DNA from: Phoronis australis
Lineage: Eukaryota > Animalia > Phoronida
Assembly: GCA_002633005.1 (NCBI GenBank)
Contig: NMRA01000860.1
Location: 7,779-50,966, forward strand
DNA length: 43,188 nt
Direction of reading: 5' to 3'
In this document: one piece after another, positions 9,541-21,723 of the stretch
How positions within the stretch are numbered: the first letter of the stretch is position 1
Layout: every line of letters starts with the position of its first letter
Position numbers and translations under genes: made by a program
Notes under the pieces: model-generated
Told to the model about the DNA's origin: nothing
Databases searched by the model: none
Seen by the model: the letters and a program-made list of their open reading frames with translations, nothing else

Positions 9541-11474
9541 TCAATTTTACGAAGTAACTGCCCTTTGGTGTTACAACTCATCCACCTAAAATCCGGGCGA
9601 TAATAATTGAGTTTCATCGATGGCACTCAAAATAAAGCAGCGATTCAGAAAAGAATACTGTGCCTAATAAAAACACATACAATATTCATTTCTACGGCAC
9701 AGGTTACAAAAAACTTGATTTGTCATGGGGTGATTGGTTGTATGAGTTACTCACTATTCCAGTAGATTCATTTCAATTTCTTGACAGAAGATTTACAAAA
9801 ATGCATCGCTTTCCTTTAACGTCTTGTAACAGTGGTACGAGTAATTTCTTCTACCGTGCTGAATTATAATTTTACCTCTGTTGCTTCGGTTTGAATTCCT
9901 TTCCAAGTTGCCTCCCTACTTTTGGTTCGTGTTTCGTTTTCATTAGATGAGGTATGATTTATGCATGCGAAATATTCCGATTCCCAGCTGTAAGAAAACC
10001 GTACTGCGAGGATGGTGAATTGAGAGGCACAAATCAAAACACTGTAGCTAGTAATCGCACGTTTTCAGCTGCAGAATTTTATTAGAAACAACATTTGACT
10101 TGAACGTCAAGCAGTTGTATATTTTTAAATCTAATCGCCAGGTGTGCTTTGACTGTACTCATACTTTTGCAACTGTCAAATTACATGCCAGTAGTTTTTC
10201 AACAAGACATTTTTACAATTAAAATCATATTACTGTATTTTATGGAAAGAAGTCACTTTTGGTTTCTGAGTGTTTGTTCTGAAAGTATAAATGAATGGTT
10301 TAGGCCCTACTAACAGGTGTGTTAACATAACTTTCAAAAATTACTCGTAGTTTCGTACTAAAGTGTGTGATTGTATTAATTATTACTCTTTTCAATTTTT
10401 CTATAATAAGTCTTTCTTGCCTGTTGCCCAAATACTTTTTCGTTAATTCGACTGCTGACCAGTGAATGAATCGGCGATGCGGTCGGCAGTCGGTCGGCTA
10501 AGAATAAGCTGACCGGTCGGCAAAATAGTCGACCTGTCAACGACTGGTTGTCGACTCCTAGCCGACCGGTCGGACAAAAATCCGTGATGTGTGCTGTAAC
10601 TGTTATGTAAAGCAATGTGAAGAGTTAGAGCGAATAAAAAGGTTAAGGTGGCACTGAACAGTTAGGCTGTGGCCAATTTGCACTTCCAAAATATTAAAAT
10701 TTTGGGGTAGGCAAAGTTTGGGGGCATTTTGTAGGTAGGCATTGCATGTAGAATCAGTGAATGTGGTTTGTTTGTATTTGTGAACATGCTGAGAATCAAA
10801 AAAGGCCACTTTCTCGGCTGCAGCTGCACTCTTCTGAAAAATGGTGGCCCCCTGTTGCAACTGTGTGTAGCAACTGAGAACCTGGCCGCGATTTCAGGTA
10901 GCCCTCAAACAAGTCAGATTTGCAAAAAAAAAAACTAGTTAGTTGACAATACTTTTGGACCACATTTTTGGAATCTGTAGGGAATTTGCTTTCGGAATAT
11001 AATGTTGGCTTTAGTCGAGCATCGGCATGGAAGTGGTGGTTTTGGCGTGAAAAGTGCCTATTTTGCATTTNCAAACAAGTCAGATTTGCAAAAAAAATTA
11101 GTTGACAATACTTTTGGACCACATTTTTGGAATCTGTAGGGAATTTGCTTTCGGAATATAATGTTGGCTTTAGTCGAGCATCGGCAGAGAAGTGGTGGTT
11201 TTGGCGTGAAAAGTGCCTATTTTGCATTTTTACCCATATTTTTCTTAGTCTGACTTGATTTCCACTGGGAGTGAAAGGGTCAAAAATACAAGAGAGAATA
11301 AAAATTCTGTGCTCATCTGTAGGGCTTGTGATGTGAAATGACTCAAAACTTTTCTTTATTTGCATTCAGTTTTTGACAAAAGGGTAAAGAGTCCATTGAC
11401 GTGTGTTCTGACTGGCAAACCCCTGTGAAAACTGTTCAGTGCCTCCTAAAGCTTGTATTGCAATTTCAGGGAGC

Positions 11475-12656
11475 ATGAGGAAATCGGCATATCGTTCAAA
11501 ACGGCTTCTAGCGACGGGTCTGTTTGCTGTATACTTCATCGTTCTCGTTCATTTTCACTTTGGACTATTTCGAAGACTACAGATATTGGGTGGAAAGAAT
11601 TTAGACCAACACAGACCCAAATTTACAGACTACGTGAGATTACCTACGACAACTGTAGGCCTATCAATTTACAAGGAGGATGAATGTTCTGCAAAGACTA
11701 AAGGATTAAATGGAGAAGTCATTGAAGAGGTGTTTGATCCGAATGAAGTGAACAATATGACTCTATTCCATTGCTACCCGATGAATATAAACTTTAGCCA
11801 ACTTATTAATGATTCGCGACAAGGGAAGACCTCGGCGATTTCTCCTATAAACACACATCCTTATAATCCGTTGACAACGGCGAATTGTGGAAAAGAGAAG
11901 TATTTCATTGTTTACCTAATAAAAAGTCGCCCTGAGAGTGTGCACGGGAGAAATGTTATTCGGGAAACGTGGGGCAATGAAAATATAGTTCCCGGTATCC
12001 TCATAAAACGAATTTTCCTCCTTGGAATTCCCACACGACATGAATTTCTACCCTCCATTTTCAGCGAGCATCAGAAACGGGGAGACATTTTGATGGAAAA
12101 TTTTGTCGATGTCTACTTACATACCCGCATCAAAATGACGATGGGGTTTCGTTGGGCAACGTCGCACTGTCCTATCGCGTCGTTTTTAGTCTTCGCTGAC
12201 GATGACGTTCTCATTAACCCTTGGAATTTGGTGGAATATCTCTCATCCGATGGTGTGCGCGATCAAGAAACATTGTACAGCGGAGCAATGCATCAAGGAC
12301 ATCGACCAAGACGCGATTTGCTGGACAAGTTTTTTCTTGCAACCAACGAGTATCCTTTCAATGACTTCCCAGTGTTAGCTCCCGCGGCCACAATAATTGT
12401 TAACGTCGAGTTTGCCCGTCGATTTGTGATCGCTTCGCCATATATAAGTCCAATACATTTTGATGATGTTTATCTGGGAATAGTAGCCCGTAAGCTGGGC
12501 GTAACACCGACTCACACAGATCTTGTTAAAGTATATTGTTCAAAGAACGAAGCCGCTCGACGCAGAGTCATCGCCTGTCTGGGAGAATTTTCTCCCAATG
12601 AGACACGCTCTCTTTGGTCCACTTATTTTCAAGATTATTACACTGTAAAATCTTGA
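11475..12656 (+). CDS. Beta-1,3-glycosyltransferase, GT31 / Galactosyl_T family (brainiac/B3GALT-like), 393 aa, type II membrane protein
   Basis: Intact ORF; ATG 11475 lies just after acceptor tttcag (11469); N-terminal TM LLATGLFAVYFIVLVHFHFGLF; motifs IKS...RNVIRETWG, IFLLG, E...GDILMENFVDVY, WATSHCP, FADDDV (DxD, 12198-12206), EYPF, FDDVYLG. Confidence 0.93.
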   Translation: MRKSAYRSKRLLATGLFAVYFIVLVHFHFGLFRRLQILGGKNLDQHRPKFTDYVRLPTTTVGLSIYKEDECSAKTKGLNGEVIEEVFDPNEVNNMTLFHCYPMNINFSQLINDSRQGKTSAISPINTHPYNPLTTANCGKEKYFIVYLIKSRPESVHGRNVIRETWGNENIVPGILIKRIFLLGIPTRHEFLPSIFSEHQKRGDILMENFVDVYLHTRIKMTMGFRWATSHCPIASFLVFADDDVLINPWNLVEYLSSDGVRDQETLYSGAMHQGHRPRRDLLDKFFLATNEYPFNDFPVLAPAATIIVNVEFARRFVIASPYISPIHFDDVYLGIVARKLGVTPTHTDLVKVYCSKNEAARRRVIACLGEFSPNETRSLWSTYFQDYYTVKS

Positions 12657-13266
12657 GCTGCATTATGGTGAGAAACTTTGTGGCTAAAACCACCAATTCC
12701 ATATCCAAAACATTAAAAAAGGCAATCAGCTGTCAAATTACAAGCTGTCAAATTAGAACACCCGCAAACACTATCTGACGACATGTTAATTAACTGGTTT
12801 CGAGTTGTCAGATATTGCTGCTCGTTTTCCCGCGGTTTATGGTATCATAAAGAATGGTGAGGCGTTGCGTCTGTGATGGTTGCGACTCCTCAGTATTTGA
12901 ACAGGCTGTGACTCTTCACTTTCACGCGGGGACATCAGAGAAGGGCAGATGTGGCACAAGTTAGTACAAGAAACTCGCGTGTTGGCGTTGAGTGAGTTCA
13001 TACGTCAAATTCGTGTAGGGCTACGAAACTGTCTATTAATAGAAGTGTCTTTTCCTCTATTTTCTCAAATTTGGGATATTGAATTCATGACTGTGACGTG
13101 CAATCCGATAAAGGAAAGTTCAATGCAGTTGACTGTGTACTCACTAGTCAAAACGAAGAAAACGGTGGTTTTATGCACTCTAAATTATTTTGATAATGAA
13201 ACGACGTGGTTTTTGATCTGTTCCAAGAGAAGCCAGTGATCGGTTACTGAAAAAATCCTTGGTTTG

Positions 13267-13965
13267 ACAAGGGGGCATAGCTCAAGGATATTGAATTTGG
13301 GATTTTTGACAACTTTGAAATTTGTATCGTCTCAGCCATTAATTTTTCATTTATAATTCTGCGAAAAAGTTAAATAAATCGAGAAATGCAAAATTGCCAT
13401 ATCTCTCAAAACTCATTAGCCTACGTCACAGCTGGGCACACTTGAATGACAGCGGATTTTAAAAAACTCGGAAAAGCTCATTAGCTTAACAAGTGTTAGA
13501 GCATTACGTGCACGGATTTCAGTGAAAGTTGACCGAACGTATGATTTGCGAAAACACAGAATTTCAACCAATACAAATGAACTTTAAATCTGTGCCATGG
13601 TTTTATCTGAGTGTAAGTTATGCAGGTCCCTAGAAAAGTAGGCAAACTTCGGAACATCATGTCTTAGAAGGGCTAATCAGATTTATATGAAACTTTCATA
13701 TAGACTGCACATGCTATCAAAAATAGGAGTTTTATGATTTTCATGAAAAAATTCAATTTTTGCACAAAACGAAAACGAAATGACAATTTAGAATACTGAA
13801 ATAGCATTTTTGACACTTTAGTATGGGACATTTAAATCAAACGAAATTTGATGTTGTTATTGATATCGTTAATTGTTTGGCTAATATACACTTCTTTTTG
13901 TTAAATTTTACTAAAGAGACATAGTCACGTACAGGGTCAAAAATCAAATTCTACATACTTTCAAC
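13267..13965. mobile_element. Possible old MITE
   Basis: Imperfect inverted ends gaatttgggatttttgac (~13293-13310) / gtcaaaaatcaaattc (~13936-13951); no clear TSD. Confidence 0.35.
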
Positions 13966-14243
13966 GTTCACTAGAAAATATGTTCTTATACATGTACTGT
14001 GCTAAGGTTATGTAGGTAATATACATACGGGTAACTAAATAGTGTCTTATACCCGTTGAACACATACTGTCGATATGTTTCACTGAATGTTTCATAAGAA
14101 TTTATTATTTATATTGGTTTAGGGTTCCTGTGGTTTTTGGTTGTTTTAGGGTGCTTAGAAAACACGATGTGATTCACTTGTCCTTAATGAGCAAGGTTGT
14201 ATGGTTGAATTTAGAAGTACCTTAATTATCTTTGTATGGCGAA

Positions 14244-16520
14244 CAATTTAAAATTGCCTCTTTTAACTGTAGAAGTCTAGGAACTCGGTCAAAAAGACGA
14301 GATGTTTTACATTATGATGGGAATTCTGTTGGTATTGTAAATGCATATAAATATTTAGGATTAATGTTTACTACGAAAGGTTTGTGGTCTTGCGCACAGA
14401 AAACTATCATTACAGGCTACTAAGGCAGTGGATTTAATGAGGAAAATGTCAATGGTTTTAGTACACTCCCTGTTTGAAATTATTCAATTGAAAAATATTG
14501 CCCGGCCGATACTTCATTATATCTGAGATATGGGGTTTTAGTGATTGCGAATGTATTGAAATAGTCCACACAAAATTTTGTAAAGAAATTTTAAATTTAC
14601 CTAGCACGGCAATTTCATCGACTGTTAGAGGTGAGGTGGGTCGTTACTCCTGGATTGCTTACCGACTAGAATTATGAAATATTGATTAAAACTAGTAAAA
14701 ACCGATGACTCAACAATAACAAATCATTGCTACGAATGGCAGTACAATATGACGGGAAATGTTAATAAACTGTGCTGGGTTAATGATGTTAAGAAATTGC
14801 TATTTCAGTTTGGTTTTGGAGAAGGATGGTACAATCAAGGTGTTCATTGTAGGTTCCGACACAAGCTTCATATCACTATTTAAACAAAGATGCAAAGATA
14901 TTGATCAGCAAAAATGGCAAGAAATCTTGAACACTTCGATTAAGCTGGAAACTTACAGAACTTTTAAGTTAAACATATGTTTTGAAAACTATTTAGATGC
15001 AATTGATAATGTAAATGTTAGATCTGATATGGTAAGATTAAGATGTTCAGAGCATGCACTAATGATTGAAAAGGGTAGACACTTGAAACTGCGCAGAACA
15101 GAAAGGTTATGCACTCTCTGTGTTACGACATGTGTCGAGTCAGAATATCATTTTTTCACCGAATGTCCATTCTACGATGACCTTAGGAAACGATATTTGC
15201 CTGCATGCAACTACAATCCCAATGTTACAAAATTCAACAGGCTCATGACTATGGAGGAAAAAGATGTTATATGGTCAACATGTAAATATGTTCATTTCGC
15301 ATTCAAGCGAAGAAGAATTCAGTTTACTTCTAGTGTTTGACACTTACTTTTATTGTATTTGATGATTTGATTGTAACAAGGACCGGAGCCCTAGTTATTG
15401 AATAAATAAATATATATATAAGGCAGCGTGCGTACAGTATTTTCTGCCTACAAGATACTTAACTACTGCGGAAGAACCCATAATTCGAGCTCAGTGCGGA
15501 TATGACTGTTTTTTCAGCCGTGGTCGAAGTGATGCCAGGGGTGTTTCCATCTTGTTTAATAGTAATTTTGAATTTAAAGTTCTATCTTTTACTGAAGGAA
15601 ATCTCCTTGGGGTAAATAACTGTTTTTCTATTGAGTTGGTGAATATTTATGGACCAGACAAAGATAGCCCTAATTTTTTATTGACATTTCACAGAAAATC
15701 GCCAGGTATAATAACGATTTTGTTATTGTTTGTGGCTATTTTAATTTATCCAAGATTTTCACCTTGATTTTCATAATTATTTCTCCTTAAATAACCCTAA
15801 AGCGCGTTACCAAATGCTGGAGATGAAGGTGGTTCTTGATCTGACGGACCCATGGCGTGTTTATCATCCCTCAAAGAGCGAAAATGTTAACATGGTCCAG
15901 GAGAATTCCGGTTAAAAAATCTAGGTTACCTGTGGATTATTTTCTTGTTACCCAACAATTACTCTCGCGTATCGAAAATGTGGAAATACAGTCGGGCTAC
16001 CGATCGGACCATAACAACATCGTCTTAACTGTACAATTAACTACGTTCAAAAAGAACCAGGGTCTTGGAAATTTAATAACTCACTTCTAAAAGACAAAGA
16101 ATGTATTAATCTCGTCAAGAATGAGATTTTGTGTGCGAAAAAACAAAATGCGCTTCCAGTATACGATTTGAACAAAATACAAGAAATTGACTTTCATAAT
16201 CTTATCAATTGTTTTTGGAGACGTTATTGTTACATAATCGAACGGTAACTATTCCATATTGTATCTCTAAGAAAAAAGTAGAAAAGGGAAAGACTTGGAA
16301 GAGCAGTTAATGTCCTTACAAGATAGGTTGAATGAGAGTGACTATCCTCAAATTGCTGTTCTATTAGGAAAAAAGAAGTCAAAATATAAGTATTATCGCA
16401 GAGAATACATGCATGGAGTAATGGTCAGATCGAGAGCTAACTGTCCAATTTCACTATTGAATATTATTTACAAAATTTTGTCTGGTTGTATTGCAAGACG
16501 CCTAAAAAGCGTCCATACTT
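14244..16520 (+). mobile_element. Decayed L1/Tx1-clade LINE ORF2 (APE endonuclease and start of RT), split by an RTEX insertion and internally deleted
   Basis: KIASFNCRSLG...VLHY (to ~14315) continues at ~15418 as IRQRAYSIFCLQDT; then GVSILF, LVNIYGP, DPWR, TWSR, DYFLV, YRSDH, WKFNNSLLKD; GVMVRSRA jumps directly to NCPISLLNIIYKILS...RLKSV (RT motif). Confidence 0.88.
14316..15417 (+). mobile_element. 5'-truncated RTEX-like LINE (C-terminal region with CCHC finger and 3' tail)
   Basis: YKYLGLMF, EIWGF, KLETYRTFK, RLRCSEHALMIEKGRH...ERLCTLC...ESEYHFFTECPFYDDLR, stop at 15340, tail aataaataaa(ta)n. Confidence 0.85.
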
Positions 16521-16529
16521 TAGTTTGGC

Positions 16530-17298
16530 GAATGAGTGGGACACAGGGTAAAAAACAGGATCAAAACAGTAAAAACTGGCCACTAGGTGACGGGAACATC
16601 TCATTTTTTAATAGAAGCCTATTTACCATAATGCATAAAATTCCGTCTAGGAACTCCAAAGGAACAGAGGTAATCAGAAAAAATAATTTGCCACAAGAGG
16701 GCACAGCATTCGTTAGATCCGTCAGAAAGTCATCGTCCTCCGTTGTCAACTTCATATAAACACTCTTGCTAAAGTTAATAAAGATCCTGTAGTGGGTTTA
16801 GGAGATACAGCTATGGGCGCAAAAATGCCACTATGAGGCCACACAGTAGTCAAAGTAATCGGAAAATCATCCTCAACCGTCCTCCTCACACTAAGAACAT
16901 ATACGCCAATTTCCACAATCATCCTTAGAGTGGTTTGGAAGGTAGAGGGGCGGGCTCCAAAAAACAGCCTCGAAAACAGTAAAAATGTCCACTCGGTGGC
17001 ACAAAATACCTCGAATCCACACAAAAACTGAAGCATAGCAGCAACTTACAAACAAATGCCTATGCGTCAAATTTTATGTAAATCGATTGAGGACCTTTGA
17101 AGACACAGAGGTAAACGTAAAAAAATTGACACTTAAGGGGGCACACCGGTTGTCAGATCTGTCTTAATTCGTCATCATTCGTTGTCAGCTTCATAGGAAC
17201 ACATCTGCCAAAACTCATCAAAAACCTGTGAGCGGTTTAAGAGATACAGCTATGGGCGCAAAAAAACAAAACTGCCACTAGGAAGTTCCACAGTATAT
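16530..17298 (-). mobile_element. Diverged internal fragment of the HINE family
   Basis: Reverse complement of the ~145-bp subrepeats of 4913-5972 (e.g. ggtttaggagatacagctatgggcgcaaaaa, gccactagg). Confidence 0.8.
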
Positions 17299-17927
17299 GA
17301 AATTATTAACGGAGTTGAAAACTCCAAATTTTTAGGTATTTTTGTAGACAGCCATCTTTCCTGGAAGAAGCATGCTCAGGAAATTTCTAACAACGTTGCC
17401 AAAATTGTGGCCATCCTCTCCATATTGAAACACTTTTTTCCCAAACACAAACTCCTGATGATATACAATACTCTTATACCATCACATCTATATTTTGGTA
17501 TAACACTATGGGGGTTCGATAATTGTGCGAGATTGAAACTTCTGCAGAAAAAAAAAATGAGAAATGTTACCAATTCTTGGCTTTTTCACACACAGAACCA
17601 ATTTACAGGGAAATCAACACACTTTTTCTTGACGACAGATTTAACCAAGCTTGACTAAAATTCTTTTACAAATTTGAACATAATCAATTGCCTATTTACT
17701 TTTATGATAACAATTTTTTTTCCAGTCACCAAGAGATCTTTCTAGAATATGCAGTCAAAATCCCATCGTAAAGCTGCCCACCTACAACAGAAAAAGTTGT
17801 GAAAGTTCATTAATGTTCAAAATACCGAATCTAATAAACAACTGTATTCTTCCGAGATATGTAGCAGACAAAATCGACACGCACAGATTACATGGGCCCT
17901 CCGTGTATTTGTGCTATTGCATATTAA
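17299..17927 (+). mobile_element. Decayed 3' fragment of an L2/CR1-group LINE (Crack/Daphne-like); probably continues at 20378-20720
   Basis: VENSKFLGIFVDSHLSWKKH...LLMIYNTLIPSHLYFGITLWG...LQKK RT-thumb/C-terminal motifs; after the EnSpm-like insertion there is a T-rich 3'UTR, a stem-loop near 20641-20678 and a (CT)-rich tail. Confidence 0.8.
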
Positions 17928-20377
17928 CCCATACGAAAAGGAGAAGTTGAGTTTCAATTGAGATTCAGTTGAAATTCAATAGAATTCTATTGAATTTCTA
18001 TTGAATATGTCTATTGAATGAAAATTCGCTTGGCATTGTGTCTAACCTGATTATGCCATCAATTGAGTGACTATTTAAGGGCTATTGAATGGCAATTGAA
18101 TTTCAGCACTTAGAGAATTTTTAGCTGTTCTGTATTGAATAGCTATTGAACTTCAGGACTTAGGGAATTTTTGGATGGTTTGATTTAACAACAAGTTACC
18201 AGCAGTGATTATTTCAAACATACGTTACCAATCGGTTGTCAAGGTTACATTCCTGGAAAGTGACCATTAAGCTTTTCAAACACTTTCAAACGGTTTTGGT
18301 CCAGCATAAACTGTGCATGGGTAGTGAAGAACTGCATAGATTAATTGGTGAGTTTTTGATTTTAACATTGTATTTATGTCAATTTGATTTTTAAGTAACA
18401 TTATGTTTCATTTGTAAATGAGAAGCTTTAGTTTTGCAAACAAAATGGAGTTTTTTTATAACTGATTCAAGTTCAAGGTTATGGAAGTTAAGTAGAAGAG
18501 CACAGATTTCAAAATGAGTTGGGTTACAGACTAAAACCTGCACGTGAATGTAGTTGCCAAAACAAGTACCAGTTAATCGTGTTTTGACCTAAGAAATTGA
18601 GACTTAGAAACACCTTATTATGATTCTGTCTTAAAATCCTCACATCAGAGCAATGTACATATTTGATTGAGAGAAGTGAATTTTTATTTTGGTTACATGA
18701 ACTAAAACTAAATAATTGAGTTAGGCACAAAGTAAGAGATGTATTGGATATCAGAGGTTTGCCATTGCCACCGGTCATCTACTCGTAGTGTCTCTGCAGT
18801 ATGTTCTGATAACCATACTGGTTAAATGTACAAACTGACCGGCTCATAGGTTTAAAAAACAAATTTCAGCTATGAGTTAATGAAATGCTTGACATATTTG
18901 GCTATTACTGACAAACATAACTAAGCCGCATAAGCTACTTAGTGAAAGCCATTCAAACACAGTACTTCAGAGGTTATGAGTTTGATACCTTTGATAAATG
19001 TCTGTTGCAGCTCGATGATAATCCCATGGGCCAAATGATTTAAATTGCATTTATAATGAAACAGCGTGTTTATATATGTAGGTAATATCATGTCATGAGA
19101 AAGTTACAATGCATTGTCACTGATAACCGTGTATTATACTCATTATTTTTCTTCAGTGAATAGACTTCAAACAAGTTTTATGGCAGTTTTCCAATTTCTG
19201 GAGTTTTCATTAGTGTAGCAGATAACACCCTTATTAATGCTCTTAGTCAAAAGCAGATTAAATTTTCTAAAGACTATGGCTAATTAACTAAGAAAGCATT
19301 CATGTATTTCCTGAGCGACAAGTTCGATACAAAATTCAAATTTTATTACTTTACTTGATATTATCCAACTGGATATTTTTCAACAAGTTTTTTTTAGCAC
19401 AAGAGAAGACTTTGATGAAGTGAAAAGATTATAATTCTTGGGAGCTAATGCCCACCCCCACCAACACTGTACCAGTCATCAATTCCTGTTGTGGACAGAT
19501 ACCTCAAATTTAATGGATTATAACAAGTCTCAGTACTCTGAAAAGTGCAGAACCCGAGTTCTGCGGAGACCTTGAAAGGCTGTACAGTGCCGGGATTTAA
19601 GGATTTGTTGTCACATGTGAATTGTGCTTTTCAGACAGCCAATATTTTTCTGGTATAGCTCTGTATGCCTGAAGTTCTTTTTTATCTTATTAAGCTTTCT
19701 GGATATAAAATACTCATTTACCCTTCAACATATGGAATCTGCTGCAATATGTGTTCAGAGAAGTTCATAGTGACGTATGATTTAGTTCATGTACGAGGCT
19801 CAGCATACAAATGTTGTAAAAACAAAAAAATCTGCAATTAGTCAGCATTTAAGTATCTAAGGCACTATTTTTGTTTTTCTTTGTTTAATGCTGTATGCAA
19901 ATTATAATACTTGCGCAAGTTTTGATTTAAGGTTTCAAAATGTTCAGGTGTCTATGACTTGATTTTACTCGTGTATGCCAGGTTGTTGAATGGATACGTG
20001 AACTATTTTTATCTCTTAAAGAGGTTTATGTCTTATATTTTGAAAGAGTTAATTTTTAATAGAAAATATTTGAAATTTAAATTATTCTGTATAGTTAGAA
20101 AAATTGAATGGCCATTGAACGGCTATTGAATGGCCATTGAACAGCTATTGAATTGTGAATATGGGACGAAATTCAACTGATTCTGCACTGCATGGAGATT
20201 TGAATGGCTATTGAACGGCTATTGAATTCTAGTTGAATGGCTATTGAATATGCTAATGAATTGAACCAATTCATTTACATGGGAAAAACTTCATTTGAAT
20301 TTCAATTGAATCGCAATTGAACCTCAGTTAAGTCTCAATTCCTGTCCCTGAAAGTCCAGTGTATTTTTTCGTATGGG
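17928..20377. mobile_element. Non-autonomous EnSpm/CACTA-like DNA transposon (CCC termini, 2-bp TSD), 2450 bp
   Basis: TIR cccatacgaaaa / ttttcgtatggg; AA at both flanks (17926-27, 20378-79); dense subterminal (gct)attgaa repeats at 17950-18170 and 20100-20340. Confidence 0.82.
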
Positions 20378-20719
20378 AAGCACGTACAGTTCTCACTTCT
20401 ATGTTGTTATATAATACATGTTCTAATTGAAGTAACCGTGATCACGTGTCTTACATCTTCCCGGCCTTAATTGTCATAGTCTCCGTTGGTGTTTAATTCT
20501 TTGTAAAATACATTTACTTTACGTTTTGAAATAAACATGCATTGTATCTTACTCCATTGTAGATGTACTTTTTCTGTTAATTGTTTTTATATTATATATT
20601 GTTCTTCTTAATTGCTATTTAATTTATTGTTTCTCGGTGGTCAGATACTAGCGGCCCGTGCTTTTGCTGGCTACTGACCCAGTCATATAACAATGTATGT
20701 TTTTACATGATAAAAAGTT

Positions 20720-20880
20720 TCTCTCTGTCCGTCCCTCCCTCCCTCTCCCTGCTTCCCTCTCTCCCTCCTTGCCTCCCTCCTTCCCCTTGCCTCCCTCCCT
20801 CCCCGCGCCTCCCTCCTTCCCCGCGCCTCCCTCCCTCCCCGCGCCTCCCTCCTTCCCCGCGCCTCCCTCCTTCCCCGCGC
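20720..20880. repeat. C-rich 18-bp minisatellite (cctccctccccgcgcctc-like), ending at an N join
   Basis: Direct tandem units visible. Confidence 0.9.
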
Positions 20881-21167
20881 NAGTACCAGTGGGGAATTCG
20901 TAGTCCCGGATGTCATACCTTGCAGTATATAGTGTATTAGAGCCTTTTAGAGACGATCAGAACCCGAGGACGAGCTCACGTAGGCTTCCCAACCAGTGCC
21001 AGCCAACAAAATCTCCTACATTTGTACATTTAGAAATAATTCAAGCTCAACACTCTTTGAAAGATACTCACACACATCAGTGACATTTCAGTTTATCTCT
21101 TTTTTCCAAAATAAACAACATAAGAAGCACAAATGATGCTTTTATAATAAGTCGAATAACCAGCGGA

Positions 21168-21505
21168 CTGCTTGGATGCATTATTGCGCAAAAACCGGAA
21201 ACCGAAAAAGTAGCGCATGCGCAGACCACGCAAACCAGCTCTGGATGCATTATTGGACAGGATGCATTATTGGACACGACACCGGCAAATTCAATGTACG
21301 TGAACTTGAATTATTCAGGGTTTTGTGAATAATATCGCCAATAGTTGAAAGAGGATTGGATAACATTGGTTAATATTTTATTAACATGAAAGTCCACTCT
21401 TACTGGTTCCTAGTTTGAGTGAACTCAGTTGTCAAGTTTGGCGGCCTCGTGTATTCGAAGTTCACGCACGCCTAATAGACTAAAGTTTTGTTGTCATCCA
21501 ATAGG
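21168..21505 (+). promoter_or_regulatory. Putative promoter region of the ankyrin/SOCS-box gene
   Basis: NRF1-type palindrome gcgcatgcgca (21213-21223), ETS-type ccggaa (21195-21200), CCAAT boxes (~21338, ~21498), within 350 bp upstream of the ATG. Confidence 0.4.
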
Positions 21506-21536
21506 CGGCACTACTTCAAAGTCAAGGTCGTGAAAT

Positions 21537-21650
21537 ATGTCGACAGAAAAAGATCTTGGCGAAAGATTGAAGTTTGCTGTTACAAAAGGCGATGTTAAAA
21601 CAGCCAAGCGTTTAATTAAGGGTGGTGTAGACGTGAATTCTAAATTTTGG
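21537..21650 (+). CDS. Ankyrin repeat and SOCS box (ASB-like) protein, exon 1
   Basis: MSTEKDLGERLKFAVTKGDVKTAKRLIKGGVDVNSKFW, donor gtaaag at 21651, phase 0. Confidence 0.88.
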
Positions 21651-21723
21651 GTAAAGTAGTTTGTTTGCCAAGTGGAGAAAAAGCAGACAATACCGTGTTC
21701 CACGATCGACTTTTCACTTCTTG

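Noticed and set aside
10796-11365. 189-aa ORF with an internal repeat
   Set aside because: The repeat is the assembly duplication across N11071; no domain similarity.
11439-11474. GTG start of the 405-aa ORF
   Set aside because: Eukaryotic gene; this stretch ends in a splice acceptor and the first ATG is at 11475.
14759-15340. 193-aa ORF as a host zinc-finger gene
   Set aside because: It is the C-terminus of an RTEX-like LINE, with upstream frameshifts and a 3' tail.
20683-20940. Pro-rich and Arg-rich ORFs
   Set aside because: Translations of the C-rich minisatellite.
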